From Terriglobia bacterium (lineage in GTDB: Bacteria > Acidobacteriota > Polarisedimenticolia > Polarisedimenticolales > JAIQFR01), in NCBI GenBank assembly GCA_963748015.1, contig CAVVHE010000006.1:64001-128000 (forward strand): a stretch of DNA of 64,000 bases, read 5' to 3'. The translations under genes were made by a program, and so were the position numbers. A model generated the notes under the pieces. The model saw only the letters and a program-made list of their open reading frames with translations, searched no databases and was not told where the DNA came from. Each line of letters opens with the position of its first letter. Positions within the stretch are counted from its first letter, which is position 1. Positions 30,580 through 40,835 of the stretch are shown in pieces.

Positions 30580-32649
30580 CTACCAGATCCTGCAGACCTT
30601 CTCCGCCGGTCTCACGAGAGGCGCCCCCGGCTTGCACGCGAACGCCTCGCCGAACTCGGGCATGTTCACCACCACGCCGTTGATCCGGTAGATCCCGGGC
30701 GAGTGGGGGTTGGTCATCGCGTTCAGGCGCTTGTCCTCGTCCCGCTGGTTCTCGCAGGTCCACTGCGCGAAGCCCACGAAGAACCGCTGCTCCGGTGTCA
30801 GGCCGTCCCTCGGCTCGAGCGTCTTCCCGGCGACGGCGTCCTTCCAGGCGACCCACGCGAGGATGAGCCCCCCGAGGTCCGCGACGTCCTCACCCAGGGT
30901 CAGGCGGCTGTTGATCTTGATGTCGTCCACCACCGTGTACCCGGCGTACTGGTCCGCGACGCAGGCCGCCCGCTTCTCGAACTCCTTGCCGTCGGCCTCG
31001 GACCACCAGTCCTTGAGGTTGCCGGCGGCGTCGTACTGCCGCCCCTCGTCGTCGAAGCCGTGGATCAGCTCGTGGCCGATGGTGCCGCCGGTGTTCCCGT
31101 AGTTCGGGGCGTCGTCGATCCTCGGATCGAACAGCGGCGGGAGCAGCACGCCGGCGGGGAAGTTCATGTCGTTCATCGACGGGTTGTAGTAGGCGTTGAC
31201 CGTCGGAGGGGTCATGTCCCACTCGGTGCGGTCCACGGGCTTTCCGATCTTGGCGAGCTGGCGCCGCGCCTCGAAGGTCGTCGCGCGATCGACGTTCCCC
31301 AGGAAATCGCCGCGCCTTATCTCGAGCTTGGAGTAGTTCCGCCACTTGTCCGGATAGCCGATCTTGTTGCGCAGCGCGGCGAGCTTGACGATCGCCTGCT
31401 TCTTCGTGGCCCCGCTCATCCAGTCGAGCCCCTCGATGCGCGCCTCCATGGCCTTCTCGATGCGCTGAACCATGTCCACGGTCTTGGCCTTCACATCCGG
31501 AGGAAACGTCCGCTCGACGAAGACCTTCCCCAGCGCCTCCCCGAGATCCTGGTCCACCCAGCCGACGCAGCGCTTCCAGCGCGGCTGCTGCTCCTTCACG
31601 CCCCTCAGGTAGCCCCGGTAGAAATCGAAGTCGGCCTGGACGAACTTCGACGACAGGAAACGCGCGCGGTCCTTCACCAGGTGCCAGCGCAGGTAGGTCT
31701 TCCAGGCGTCGAGGCTCTCCTTCTCGAGCTGCGCGTCGAGCGCCTCGAAGAACTTGGGCTCGGTCACGTTCAGCTCGCGGACCGCCCCCGCGCCGCCGGT
31801 CTTCAGGTAGTCGTCCCAGCGGAACGACGGGGTGATCTTCTTGAGCTTCTTGACCGTCATCTTGTGATAGGACTTGTACGGATCCCGCAGCTCCACCCGG
31901 GTGAGCGACGCGTTGGCCAGGGCCGTCTCGATGCGCATCACGATCCCGGCGTCCCTCCCGGCCGCCTCCGCCGTCTCCCCGATCAACTGGAGCATCGAGG
32001 CCACGTGCGCCTCGTAGCGGTTGCGAATCTCCACCGAGCGGGCGTCCTCCTTCGTGTAGTAGTCGCGATCCGGCAGCCCGAGCCCGCCCGCGGTCGCCCA
32101 GGCGATGACCTGCTCCGAGTTCCCGGGATCCTGCGCGGCGCCGAACCCGAAGACCGTCGGCGAATAGCCTCCGCCGATCCGCAGGTGGGCCCCGGCGACC
32201 CACCGGGCGATGTCCTTCTTCGAGCGCAGCGCGGCGATGGCGTCGAGGTCGGGCTTCAGGGGGGCGGCGCCCTCCGCCTCCACGGCGGCTTCGTCCATGC
32301 ACGCCGCGAAGTAGTCGCCGATCTTCTGCTGCTCCGCGGTGCGCCCTGCCGCGGGCTCCGCGGCCTTCTCCAGCATCCCCCAGAGGAACTGCTGGTTCTC
32401 GTCGGTCACCTTCATGTACACGTTCCATCGCGCCTGGTCCGGCGGAATGGAGTTCTGCTTCATCCACCCTCCGCAGGAGAAGGCGTACAGGTCGGTGCAC
32501 GGATCGACCGAGCGGTCCATGAAAGCCGGCTCGAGGCTCGGCGTGTAGGGAAGCTCGGCCAGGGGCCGCTTGGCCGGAGCGGGCTCCCCGGCGAGGGCGG
32601 CGGTAAACGCGACCAGCAGGATCAGGGTGGACAAGGATCGGCTTCTCAT
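30580..32649 (-). CDS. M13 (neprilysin/PepO-like) metallopeptidase, secreted
   Basis: DPCTDLY.FSCG, VNAYY, HELIHGFD, GEDVAD, PHSP; signal peptide. Confidence 0.95.
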   Translation of the reverse strand: MRSRSLSTLILLVAFTAALAGEPAPAKRPLAELPYTPSLEPAFMDRSVDPCTDLYAFSCGGWMKQNSIPPDQARWNVYMKVTDENQQFLWGMLEKAAEPAAGRTAEQQKIGDYFAACMDEAAVEAEGAAPLKPDLDAIAALRSKKDIARWVAGAHLRIGGGYSPTVFGFGAAQDPGNSEQVIAWATAGGLGLPDRDYYTKEDARSVEIRNRYEAHVASMLQLIGETAEAAGRDAGIVMRIETALANASLTRVELRDPYKSYHKMTVKKLKKITPSFRWDDYLKTGGAGAVRELNVTEPKFFEALDAQLEKESLDAWKTYLRWHLVKDRARFLSSKFVQADFDFYRGYLRGVKEQQPRWKRCVGWVDQDLGEALGKVFVERTFPPDVKAKTVDMVQRIEKAMEARIEGLDWMSGATKKQAIVKLAALRNKIGYPDKWRNYSKLEIRRGDFLGNVDRATTFEARRQLAKIGKPVDRTEWDMTPPTVNAYYNPSMNDMNFPAGVLLPPLFDPRIDDAPNYGNTGGTIGHELIHGFDDEGRQYDAAGNLKDWWSEADGKEFEKRAACVADQYAGYTVVDDIKINSRLTLGEDVADLGGLILAWVAWKDAVAGKTLEPRDGLTPEQRFFVGFAQWTCENQRDEDKRLNAMTNPHSPGIYRINGVVVNMPEFGEAFACKPGAPLVRPAEKVCRIW

Positions 32650-32806
32650 GGCGAGGCTCTTCCTCCCGGCCGGGGTCTCGCCGGCCTCGGGGATGAATAC
32701 GCAGGCGGAAGGCGGAGGATATCGCGGGGCGCCCGCCCTGTCAGCGACGGCCCAACCCTCTCGCGAACTCCAAGCGGAGTCGCCTCGCCTGCCGGGACCG
32801 GCGGGG

Positions 32807-33574
32807 CTACTTGCCCGGCACCGCTCCGAGGGCGGCGCTCCGGGCCGCGGGATCGGTGCAATCGATACGCCGGTCGGGGGGCTGCTTGCCGTTTTCGAGA
32901 CGGCAAGCGAGACGATCGCTGTACTCCTCGACGTGCGCCTTGAATTGCTCGAACGTCATCCGCTCGGGCTTCCCGCTCGCTTCCGCCTCCGCGGAGCGCA
33001 GGGACGCCATCGCGCCGAGCACCTCGCTGGTCTGGCTGGCCGCGACCTCGGCCTGACCGGCCATGTCGATGATGTCGACGTTCTTCATGACGTTCTGCAC
33101 GGCGCCCTTCACCTCGTGGACGACCGCCCCGACCGGGGTATAGGCGAGAACCCCGCGCTTCTTCTTCTTCAATTGCAGGTCGGTCATTGCCACCCGCAGG
33201 TAGAGCACGCTCTCGCCTGCCTTGTCGACCACCTTGTAGCCGCGGGCGTTGAGGCGCTCGACGATGGTGCCGCGCATGAACTCGGAAATCGCCTTCAGGT
33301 CGTCGGGCTTGGCGCTGCCGTAGGGCGAGGCGGCGCTGACGGAGATTTCCGGCTGGTCGACCATGACCGAATGGAACTTCGCGAATTTCTCCTCGGCCCC
33401 CGGCGCGACGTACACGAAATCCTGTCGGCCCTTGGAGGGCACCGGCTTCAGGAGACTGTAGTCGCTCAGGAACGTCTGCGACTTCCACCGGTCGTCCTGA
33501 TCCGGGATGGCCGTCATGGCGACGGACGCCACCAACAGCAGCGTGAGCGCAATTCCGATCGTGATGCGACGCAT
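32807..33574 (-). CDS. DUF3313-like periplasmic protein
   Basis: AAGGAG RBS, signal peptide MRRITIGIALTLLL, FLSDYSLLKP, LRVAMTD; family assignment by resemblance. Confidence 0.7.
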   Translation of the reverse strand: MRRITIGIALTLLLVASVAMTAIPDQDDRWKSQTFLSDYSLLKPVPSKGRQDFVYVAPGAEEKFAKFHSVMVDQPEISVSAASPYGSAKPDDLKAISEFMRGTIVERLNARGYKVVDKAGESVLYLRVAMTDLQLKKKKRGVLAYTPVGAVVHEVKGAVQNVMKNVDIIDMAGQAEVAASQTSEVLGAMASLRSAEAEASGKPERMTFEQFKAHVEEYSDRLACRLENGKQPPDRRIDCTDPAARSAALGAVPGK

Positions 33575-33678
33575 GACAGTCTCCTTGCGCGGGACGGTTG
33601 AGGAGCGGGCCGGCGGCGTCACCGCTCGGCATCCGCGACGGGAGAGCGTGCCGCCGCGGCGCGTCCTGATTGGGTTTC

Positions 33679-34266
33679 CTACCGACCTCCCTGGTTCTCG
33701 AAAACGAACACCCGTTTCCAGTCGGTCTTCATGTCCACGAGGGTCCAGCCTTTGGCCTTCGCTTCGTCGAGACCCTTGTCCAGGCGCCCGATGCCGGAGG
33801 CGCGGTCGTAGGCCCACTCGCGCTCGGCATCCGTGTGGTGAACCTGGACCGAGAGGCGCGCGCCGCCCACGCTCGGGTCGTCCCGGTGCAGGCCGACCGG
33901 CGCCGCGGGCATGCCGACCTTGCTCGGGCCGGTGCGGAACACGGTCTGGCCGGTAATGAACGTGGAGCGCCCGGCCGTGCAGCTCTGCTCCGCGTAGTAG
34001 TCGGTGAAGGTCAGGCCTTCCTTGGCCAGGCGGTCGATGTTCGGCGTCCGGTAGCCCATCAGTCCCTTCGTGAAGGCGCTGATGTTGGCCTGCCCGATGT
34101 CGTCGCCGAAGATGACGAGGATGTTGGGCCTGGCCTGCCCCGAGCCGGTTGCGGGGTCGTCCGCAGCCCGCGCCGGCTTCGCCGAGATCAGGAAGCTGGC
34201 TGCGATAAGCGAGCCGACCACCACCGAGGCGCCGGCCCGGCGGAGTCCTCCTCTTTGCAGTCCCAT
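33679..34266 (-). pseudogene. Chimeric deletion product: arylsulfatase N-terminus fused to a HAD-hydrolase C-terminal tail
   Basis: PNILVIFGDDIG...SCTAGRSTFITGQ ends at ..DDPSVG, then LSVQVHHTDAEREWAYDR..LDKGLDEA..GWTLVDMKTDWKRVF; only ~195 aa. Confidence 0.8.
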
Positions 34267-34745
34267 GGTGGTTTCTCCTCGTTGTCTTGTTCCGGGTTGC
34301 GTATTGGCTGGAGTGGTCCGGCGACGGGCGCCGTCGGCTCGACCGATGCGTGCACCCGCACTACCGGTCTGCCGCGATGCATGGGCGAGCTCATCGCTGC
34401 CACCTGCGGGCGAAGAGCGCATTCGCCCCACCCTAGACGTACGAAGCGTCCCTAGCTGGCAACCGAGGCTAAGTCTTTCGCCCGTGCGGGTCAATCCCTC
34501 GCGATGCTCCGACCAGGCGACTCGATCCCGATCGCGGCTCGCATCTTTCTATCGTCGTTAAAGAATTTGTGACCTGGGGCGCGGAGGGCCCTCGAGGGCG
34601 CGACGATCCGGGTCGGCGGGCGGCCGGACGCGCTTTCCTGCCTGCTTGTCGCGGGAGTAGACTGCGCGTTCAAGGACCGAGCCTGGGCACCGTGCGCACG
34701 AGCGTCCCGAGACGAAGAGTGATCGGGTCAAGCAGGGAGGGGCCA

Positions 34746-36014
34746 ATGAAGAGAACGGTCGGCATCGCGTGTCTGCTTCTACTCGCGTCATCGTCCCTTG
34801 CACTCGCCGGGGGCGTGATCCTCTACGAGGCGGGCACGCCGGAGGTGGGCCTGGCCTCCGCCGGCTGGGCGGCGAGGGCGGAGGATGCCGCGACGATCCT
34901 GACGAACCCCGCGGGGATGACGCGCCTCAAAAAGAACGACCTCATGCTCGGGATGCAGGCGCTGTACGCGGACATCGGGTTCACCCCCAATTCGCTGACG
35001 GACGTCCCTGGGGGAGGGGGCAACGGCGGCAATCCCGTCGGTTGGTTCCCCGGCGGGGGCATCTACTACGTGAACCCCACCTCCGACCGTCTCCGCCTGG
35101 GCGTTGCGGTCACCGGGAACTTCGGCCTGGGGCTCGACTACGACGACGACTGGGCGGGGCGCTACTACGTTCAGGACAGCACGCTCATCGGGCTGTCCGT
35201 CATGCCCGCCATCGCCTGGAAGGTGAACGACAAGTTCTCGATCGGGGCGGCCCTCAACGCGATGTACGGGGTGTTCGACACCAAGCTCGCCGTGAACAAC
35301 ATCGCCGAATCGCTGCCCGACGGCGGCATGAAGGCGGACGACACGACGTGGGGGTTCGGTGCCAACCTGGGGATGCTCTTCGAGCCGAACGCGAACACCC
35401 GCTTCGGCCTCACGTACACGTCGCCGGTCAAGCTCGACTTCGGTACGGTCCCGCAGTTCACCGACCTCGGGCCGGGGTTGGAGCTCGCGCTCGGCGAGGC
35501 GGGACTGTTGAGCGCCCAGCTCGATCTCGGGATGACGGTGCCCCAGACCGTCATGACGAGCTTCGACCACCGTCTCAACGACCGGTGGTCGCTCCTCGGC
35601 AACGTGGGCTGGCAGGACTGGTCCGAATTCGGCAAGGTGGACATTCAGGTGGGCACGGCCGAGGAAGGCCTCACCGTGGACGGGCACTGGAAGGACACCT
35701 GGCATGCGGCGCTCGGCGCGCAGGTGAAGACGGGGTCGCCGTGGTCGATCTCCTTCGGCGCGGCCTACGACAGCAGCTGCATCGACGACGTCAACCGGAC
35801 GCCCACGCTTCCGATCGGGGCGGGCTGGCGGTTCGGGGTCGGTGGGCGCCGCGCGATGAGCGAGAAGCTCGACCTCGCGATCGGCTACGAGCTGGCCTGG
35901 GGCGGGAACCTGCCCATGAGCCAGACGAGCCGGCCGCTCGCCGGCGATCTCGTCGGATCCTACGACAACACGGCGATGCACTTCCTCGCGGCGAGCCTGA
36001 GGTGGAGCCTCTGA
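34746..36014 (+). CDS. OmpP1/FadL-family outer-membrane transporter
   Basis: Signal peptide, GLASAG.AA.AEDA.TI..NPAGMT (NPA motif), GLGLDY, beta-barrel periodicity. Confidence 0.92.
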   Translation: MKRTVGIACLLLLASSSLALAGGVILYEAGTPEVGLASAGWAARAEDAATILTNPAGMTRLKKNDLMLGMQALYADIGFTPNSLTDVPGGGGNGGNPVGWFPGGGIYYVNPTSDRLRLGVAVTGNFGLGLDYDDDWAGRYYVQDSTLIGLSVMPAIAWKVNDKFSIGAALNAMYGVFDTKLAVNNIAESLPDGGMKADDTTWGFGANLGMLFEPNANTRFGLTYTSPVKLDFGTVPQFTDLGPGLELALGEAGLLSAQLDLGMTVPQTVMTSFDHRLNDRWSLLGNVGWQDWSEFGKVDIQVGTAEEGLTVDGHWKDTWHAALGAQVKTGSPWSISFGAAYDSSCIDDVNRTPTLPIGAGWRFGVGGRRAMSEKLDLAIGYELAWGGNLPMSQTSRPLAGDLVGSYDNTAMHFLAASLRWSL

Positions 36015-36143
36015 GACCGGCGCGGCGAGCCGCCGAGCGGACCGGTAGGGAGGCCGAGCGCACCGCGGAGCGCGGGAGCCGGCCGGCCGCCGGCCGAGAT
36101 GCTGCCCGTCGATGCGTCGGCCTGGGCGACGAACCGGTACGTT

Positions 36144-37613
36144 TCAGCGCCGCGCTCCGTGGGCGGCTCCCGCGGCTTCGTGCGGCTGCTGAACGGAACC
36201 GTTGTAGACGACCTCGCACTCGGCGGTCGGCGCGACGCTCCGCTGGATGCTCTTGAAAATCCCGACGAGCGGGCCGGCGAGTCTCTGCAACGTGCTCATC
36301 GTGAGCAAGTGGGGGCTCGCGACAAGTCCGGAGAGTCGCTGGGTGAACCGGGAGCAGCCCCTGTCGTCGAGCACCGCCACGACCGCATCCTGGTACGTCT
36401 CCTGAAGCAGGTCGATGCTTCCAACGAACGCCACGCGGTTCTTCTTCGTCGCGAACGCGCAGTCCGCAGCCTCCGCGATGCCGTCCTTGATCTTCCAGGT
36501 CGCCACCAGCCGCTCGAGGGTCCCGTGACCCTCCTGGGACTGCTGGTAGACGCGCGCAAAATCGTAGCCCTTGGTTGCGACCGTGCCGAGGGGGCCGGCG
36601 ATGAAGAAGGCGCCAAGGTCGATGAGGCTGAAGCGGCGCGTCTTCTCGACCTTGGCGATGAGCTGATCCACGTCCATGTCGTACACCACGAGATCGTTGC
36701 CGTGCAGCGAAACTTCGCCGGTAAGGCTCTTCGTGAGCGTTGCCTCGTTCCGGCCGGCTGCCAGCAGATGTGCTGCGAGCGCTGCTTCGCCGCCTAGAAG
36801 CTTCTTCTTGCCCAATCCCTCGAGAAGACTCTCGACGCGGCATTGCGGGACCTTGACCGTGATCTCGTAACGGGGCTCCGATGGATTCATCTCCGCGATG
36901 ACGGTACCTGAGCCCTTTCCTCCGAAGAGTTCCATGGTCACGGCATCGAACACGAAGCGACCCTTCTCTGCCGTGATCGGAGAGCTGACGTCGGTCATGA
37001 CGAGAGCGTCCCTGTGCACCGTCTTGCATGCGACACTGCCCGCGAACGAGAGGGCACGCAGGATCCCGTTGCCGGCGGGCGAGATCGCGAAGTCGCGGAC
37101 GTCGGCCTCGATGCCCTCGACGTCCGCTCGATCGCCGGACTTTCGGTCGGCGTATGCGTAGGAGCCGCGACGGACGCTCAGGCGGGCGGCAAGAAGAACG
37201 GGGGTGTCCTGGCCTGCCCCGGCGGGCGTCTCGGGCGCGCGTTCGAAGTTGAATCGTCCTTCCGCGTCCTTGACCACCGTGGCGACGGGACCCACGAGCT
37301 CGCACGCGCCCACTCGAATCTTCTTCCGGAGGAGCGGGAAGAGACGGAGAGACGACAGCTTGACGGTTTCGACCTCGAGGATCGGGTCGCCCCGGATCCG
37401 GAACTGGAGGCCGTTGATGACGACGCCCGGGGGCAGCCACCGCGTGAGAGCGATCTTGCCCTTGATCGTCACCTCCATGCCGGTGGCGCGCGAGACCGCG
37501 GACTCAAGGTTGGATTTCCAGGAGTTGAGGTCGAACCACGCCGCGAATGCGATGGCAGCGAGCAGCAGAAGAATCGCGAGGCCGCCCCCGAGGAGCAGAG
37601 TCTTCCTCACCAT
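36144..37613 (-). CDS. AsmA-family protein
   Basis: N-terminal TM then DLNSWK..LESAVSRATG.EVTIKG, GRFNFE, LFGGKG; C-terminal AsmA-like strands. Confidence 0.85.
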   Translation of the reverse strand: MVRKTLLLGGGLAILLLLAAIAFAAWFDLNSWKSNLESAVSRATGMEVTIKGKIALTRWLPPGVVINGLQFRIRGDPILEVETVKLSSLRLFPLLRKKIRVGACELVGPVATVVKDAEGRFNFERAPETPAGAGQDTPVLLAARLSVRRGSYAYADRKSGDRADVEGIEADVRDFAISPAGNGILRALSFAGSVACKTVHRDALVMTDVSSPITAEKGRFVFDAVTMELFGGKGSGTVIAEMNPSEPRYEITVKVPQCRVESLLEGLGKKKLLGGEAALAAHLLAAGRNEATLTKSLTGEVSLHGNDLVVYDMDVDQLIAKVEKTRRFSLIDLGAFFIAGPLGTVATKGYDFARVYQQSQEGHGTLERLVATWKIKDGIAEAADCAFATKKNRVAFVGSIDLLQETYQDAVVAVLDDRGCSRFTQRLSGLVASPHLLTMSTLQRLAGPLVGIFKSIQRSVAPTAECEVVYNGSVQQPHEAAGAAHGARR

Positions 37614-37860
37614 GCTGCGCGGGGAGCCAACGCGATCGCGGCGTGGCATCAGCGTCATCTCGATCCGGTGCGTCCGGCGGCAACTCGTCCGTAGAAGGGG
37701 ATTGTATCCCGGCGCGTGAGCGGCTCCTCAAGGACCCGCACCCCCGACTGGCAAAGGTGAGCTAGCATGGCTGCAAAGGTCCGTCAGCGACCTGCTCGGC
37801 CGATGCCCATCCCCGCGACGCGGCCCTGGCTCAGGATTTCGGGGAAGAGGAGAGAAGGCC

Positions 37861-39402
37861 ATGAAAGCCCGTGCAGTGGGTCCGATCATCGCGCTATTGA
37901 CCATGTCCCTAGCCGGCCATGCCGCGGCACAGCAACCGCCCGTGCCGCCGGAGGAGCAGCCGGCCGGGACCGAAGTGCTGACCCGCGGCCCCGTGAACGA
38001 GGCCTTCGACGAGCCGGTCACCTTGCAGGCCCAGGCCGGCCTGGTGGCGCCAAGCCGGCCGCCGTCCAACATCGAGGAGGTCCCGTCGGCCGACAGGCCG
38101 CAGGGCGACCGCTACATCTGGGTCCCGGGCTACTGGAGCTGGGACGCCGACAGGAACGACTTCATCTGGGTGAGCGCATGCTGGCGCGTCGCTCCGCCGA
38201 ACATGTACTGGGTGCCCGGCTACTGGACGCCGGTGACCGGCGGCTGGGAGTGGGTCCCCGGCTTCTGGGCGCCTGCCGGTGTTCAGGCGATCGACTACCT
38301 GCCGGCCCCGCCTGCGACCGAGGACATCGCGGCGCCGGGTCCACCGCCGGCCCCGGACCGCGTGTGGGTGCCCGGGTGCTGGTACTGGTATCAGGGCCGG
38401 TATGTGCGGCGGCCGGGGTACTGGCTCCGGGAGCAGCCGGGCTGGGTCTGGGTGCCGTCCCACTACCACTGGAGCCCGCGGGGTTACGTCTTCGCCGAAG
38501 GGCACTGGGACTACTCGGTGGCGCAGCGCGGCGTGCTGTACGCTCCGGTCTACTTCCCGTCGTCCGTCTATGCCCGGGTGGGGTTCTCGTACTCGCCCAG
38601 CATCGTCATCGATATCGGGTTGCTTCTCGCCAACCTGTTCGCCTATCCGCGTTACAGCCACTATTACTTCGGCGACTACTACGACGACGCGTACCTGCGC
38701 GTCGGAATCTACCCACGGTTCGACTGCGAGCGCATGCACACGTGGTACGACCCGGGTTACCAATACGACCGGTGGCGCGGCGGCCGCAACGATCCCCGCT
38801 GGGAGGAGCGCCAGCGGCAGGACTATGATCATCGCCGCGCCGATCCGGTCCTCCGCCCGGCGCGGACCTACCACGAGCAGGAAACCCGCATGGCCAAGCT
38901 GCCCGAGCCGCAGCGGAGGAACATCGCGCTGGCCGGGCCGCTCAGGACCGTCGTGCAGAGGCAGGCAAGCCCGCCGAAGTTCGAGCAGATCAGCACCGAG
39001 CAGAGACGGATGATCGCGAAGAACGGATCCGAAGTGGGTAGATTCCGCGATGCGCGGGCCAAGTGGGAATCGCCCGGCGTGACGCCCGTGGCCACTCCTC
39101 CGGCCGGCGAACCCAAGGGCCAGGTGACTCAGCCCACGGGGAGGAAGGGACCCGCTCCGCCGCCCGTCGAGGCCCGGGGTCAGAAGGGCGTCCCGGAGCA
39201 CGCGGCCGCGGTCGCCGCCCCACGCGACGTGCATCTGACCCGGCCCGAGAGGGTGGCGATCCCGACACCGCCGATCGTCGGCAAGCCCGTCGTCGAGTCG
39301 GGCAAGGTCCAGAAAGCGCCGGCGCCGCCTTCCGCCGAACACAAGCGCCAGGCGGAGCCGTCGAAGGGTCAGGGGAAGGAAAAGGACAAGAAGAAGGAAT
39401 AG
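37861..39402 (+). CDS. Secreted YXWGXW (WxxGxW) repeat protein with basic Pro-rich tail
   Basis: About eight W(V)PG(Y)W-type repeats (YIWVPGYW, MYWVPGYW, WEWVPGFW, VWVPGCW...); signal peptide. Confidence 0.88.
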   Translation: MKARAVGPIIALLTMSLAGHAAAQQPPVPPEEQPAGTEVLTRGPVNEAFDEPVTLQAQAGLVAPSRPPSNIEEVPSADRPQGDRYIWVPGYWSWDADRNDFIWVSACWRVAPPNMYWVPGYWTPVTGGWEWVPGFWAPAGVQAIDYLPAPPATEDIAAPGPPPAPDRVWVPGCWYWYQGRYVRRPGYWLREQPGWVWVPSHYHWSPRGYVFAEGHWDYSVAQRGVLYAPVYFPSSVYARVGFSYSPSIVIDIGLLLANLFAYPRYSHYYFGDYYDDAYLRVGIYPRFDCERMHTWYDPGYQYDRWRGGRNDPRWEERQRQDYDHRRADPVLRPARTYHEQETRMAKLPEPQRRNIALAGPLRTVVQRQASPPKFEQISTEQRRMIAKNGSEVGRFRDARAKWESPGVTPVATPPAGEPKGQVTQPTGRKGPAPPPVEARGQKGVPEHAAAVAAPRDVHLTRPERVAIPTPPIVGKPVVESGKVQKAPAPPSAEHKRQAEPSKGQGKEKDKKKE

Positions 39403-39416
39403 TCCGGCGCAGTCCT

Positions 39417-40616
39417 CTAGGGGCGCAGGAATCGTGCGTAGAGGACGAGGCCCACGGCCCCCAGCGCGGCGGCGATCAGGAGCAACTCGACGGCGCGCAG
39501 GAACGCGTGGTCCACCACGCGGTTCAGTACAAGGCCGGCGTCGTCGATCGTCCGCTTCCGCATCTCCTCGACCTCCCGGACGAGCTCCGCCAGGTCGTCG
39601 CGTACCGCCTCGTTCAGCGGACCGCCCATGCGGTCCAGGAGCCGCTGGGCGATCGCCTCGACCTCCTGCAGCGTCGCGATCCTCTCCTGGTCGACCGCGG
39701 CGACGACCGCCCGCCGCTCCCCCTGGAGGTCCCGGGTCGCCGCGAGGCGTTCCGCGCGCAGGCCGTCGAGCGCCGCCGCGCGCTCGCGCGCGGCCAGGTC
39801 GGACACGCCCTCGGCCACCGTGGCCAGCCGATCGGCCGCCCGCGCCAAGCGATCGACATCGGCGATCAACGCGCCCGGATCGATGCCCCTCGCCAGGTCG
39901 TCCACCGCCAGCTCGGCCTCCCAGCGCGCGAGCCGCGGCAGGTACATGGTGTAGAGGTCCATCCGCGTCATCACGTCGGACGTCGTCTCGTCGAGGCTGC
40001 CGAGGGCCGCGAAAGCGCCCCCGCCTCCCGACGAGGCAAGGACGGCGGCGAACTCGGAGTCCATCGACGGCCGCCGGTACAGGGCCCCCTCGATGGGGTT
40101 GCGATCCGCCCACTGCCGGATCGCTGCCTCGAACGACCCGGCGGTGGCCTCGTCCTGGACACTACCCGCGAAACTGCGGAATCTCGCCCGGATCAGCGCC
40201 ATTGCCGCGGCGGCGTCCGGCGCGCTCTTCCCGTACCTCGCGACGATCTCGGGGCGCGCGAGGTAGCTCTCCACCTGGAAGGCGTAGCCCCACGCGTCCG
40301 CGAGCGCCAGCACGGGGTCGTTCCGGAGCAGCGCCGACAGGAGCGTGGTCGTCGTCTCGATCTTCCAGAGGACGGTGCCCCGGCGGATCACCGGATCCGT
40401 GGTCTCCCGGAGGCTTCGATCGGCGGCTTCCTCGACGGTCCCCAGCGTCGGCCGGATGAGGGCGCGCACGCGGATCCGGAGCTCCTCGGGCGACATCTTG
40501 AGCTTCTTGGCGCTCGACGCGACCGGGGTTCGGGACTTCCCGGCCCAGGCGGGATCGCAGCCCGCGAACACGAAAGCGGCGGTGAAGAGGGCCAGCAAGA
40601 CGGCGGCACGGCGCAT
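39417..40616 (-). CDS. Hypothetical helical lipoprotein with C-terminal TM anchor
   Basis: Lipobox FAGC after a hydrophobic stretch; coiled-coil-like body; C-terminal hydrophobic helix. Confidence 0.8.
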   Translation of the reverse strand: MRRAAVLLALFTAAFVFAGCDPAWAGKSRTPVASSAKKLKMSPEELRIRVRALIRPTLGTVEEAADRSLRETTDPVIRRGTVLWKIETTTTLLSALLRNDPVLALADAWGYAFQVESYLARPEIVARYGKSAPDAAAAMALIRARFRSFAGSVQDEATAGSFEAAIRQWADRNPIEGALYRRPSMDSEFAAVLASSGGGGAFAALGSLDETTSDVMTRMDLYTMYLPRLARWEAELAVDDLARGIDPGALIADVDRLARAADRLATVAEGVSDLAARERAAALDGLRAERLAATRDLQGERRAVVAAVDQERIATLQEVEAIAQRLLDRMGGPLNEAVRDDLAELVREVEEMRKRTIDDAGLVLNRVVDHAFLRAVELLLIAAALGAVGLVLYARFLRP

Positions 40617-40693
40617 GGCGGTTCCCCCCGGGTCGCGGAGGCAGTGTACACTCGCTTCGCAGGCGGCCCGCCAACGGTTCGCGCTCGACTCTC

Positions 40694-40710
40694 ATCGGGG
40701 AATCCCCGAT
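40694..40710. promoter_or_regulatory. 17-bp palindrome ATCGGGGA-A-TCCCCGAT in a divergent intergenic region
   Basis: Perfect 8-bp arms between the divergent starts at 40616 and 40836. Confidence 0.4.
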
Positions 40711-40835
40711 CCGACTCGTCTCCTAACGAAGCACGGTCGCGATGGTTCCTTGGTGTATTCTCCACGGCGGTCCCTGGTTCGGCGAGCCACACCGCGCCCG
40801 AGGGTAGCTCCGGGCGGTGCCCGTGGAGGCGTTCG

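Noticed and set aside
34270..34740. Long lower-GC intergenic region as ncRNA or small gene
   Set aside because: No recognisable RNA motif or convincing ORF; consistent with a divergent promoter region
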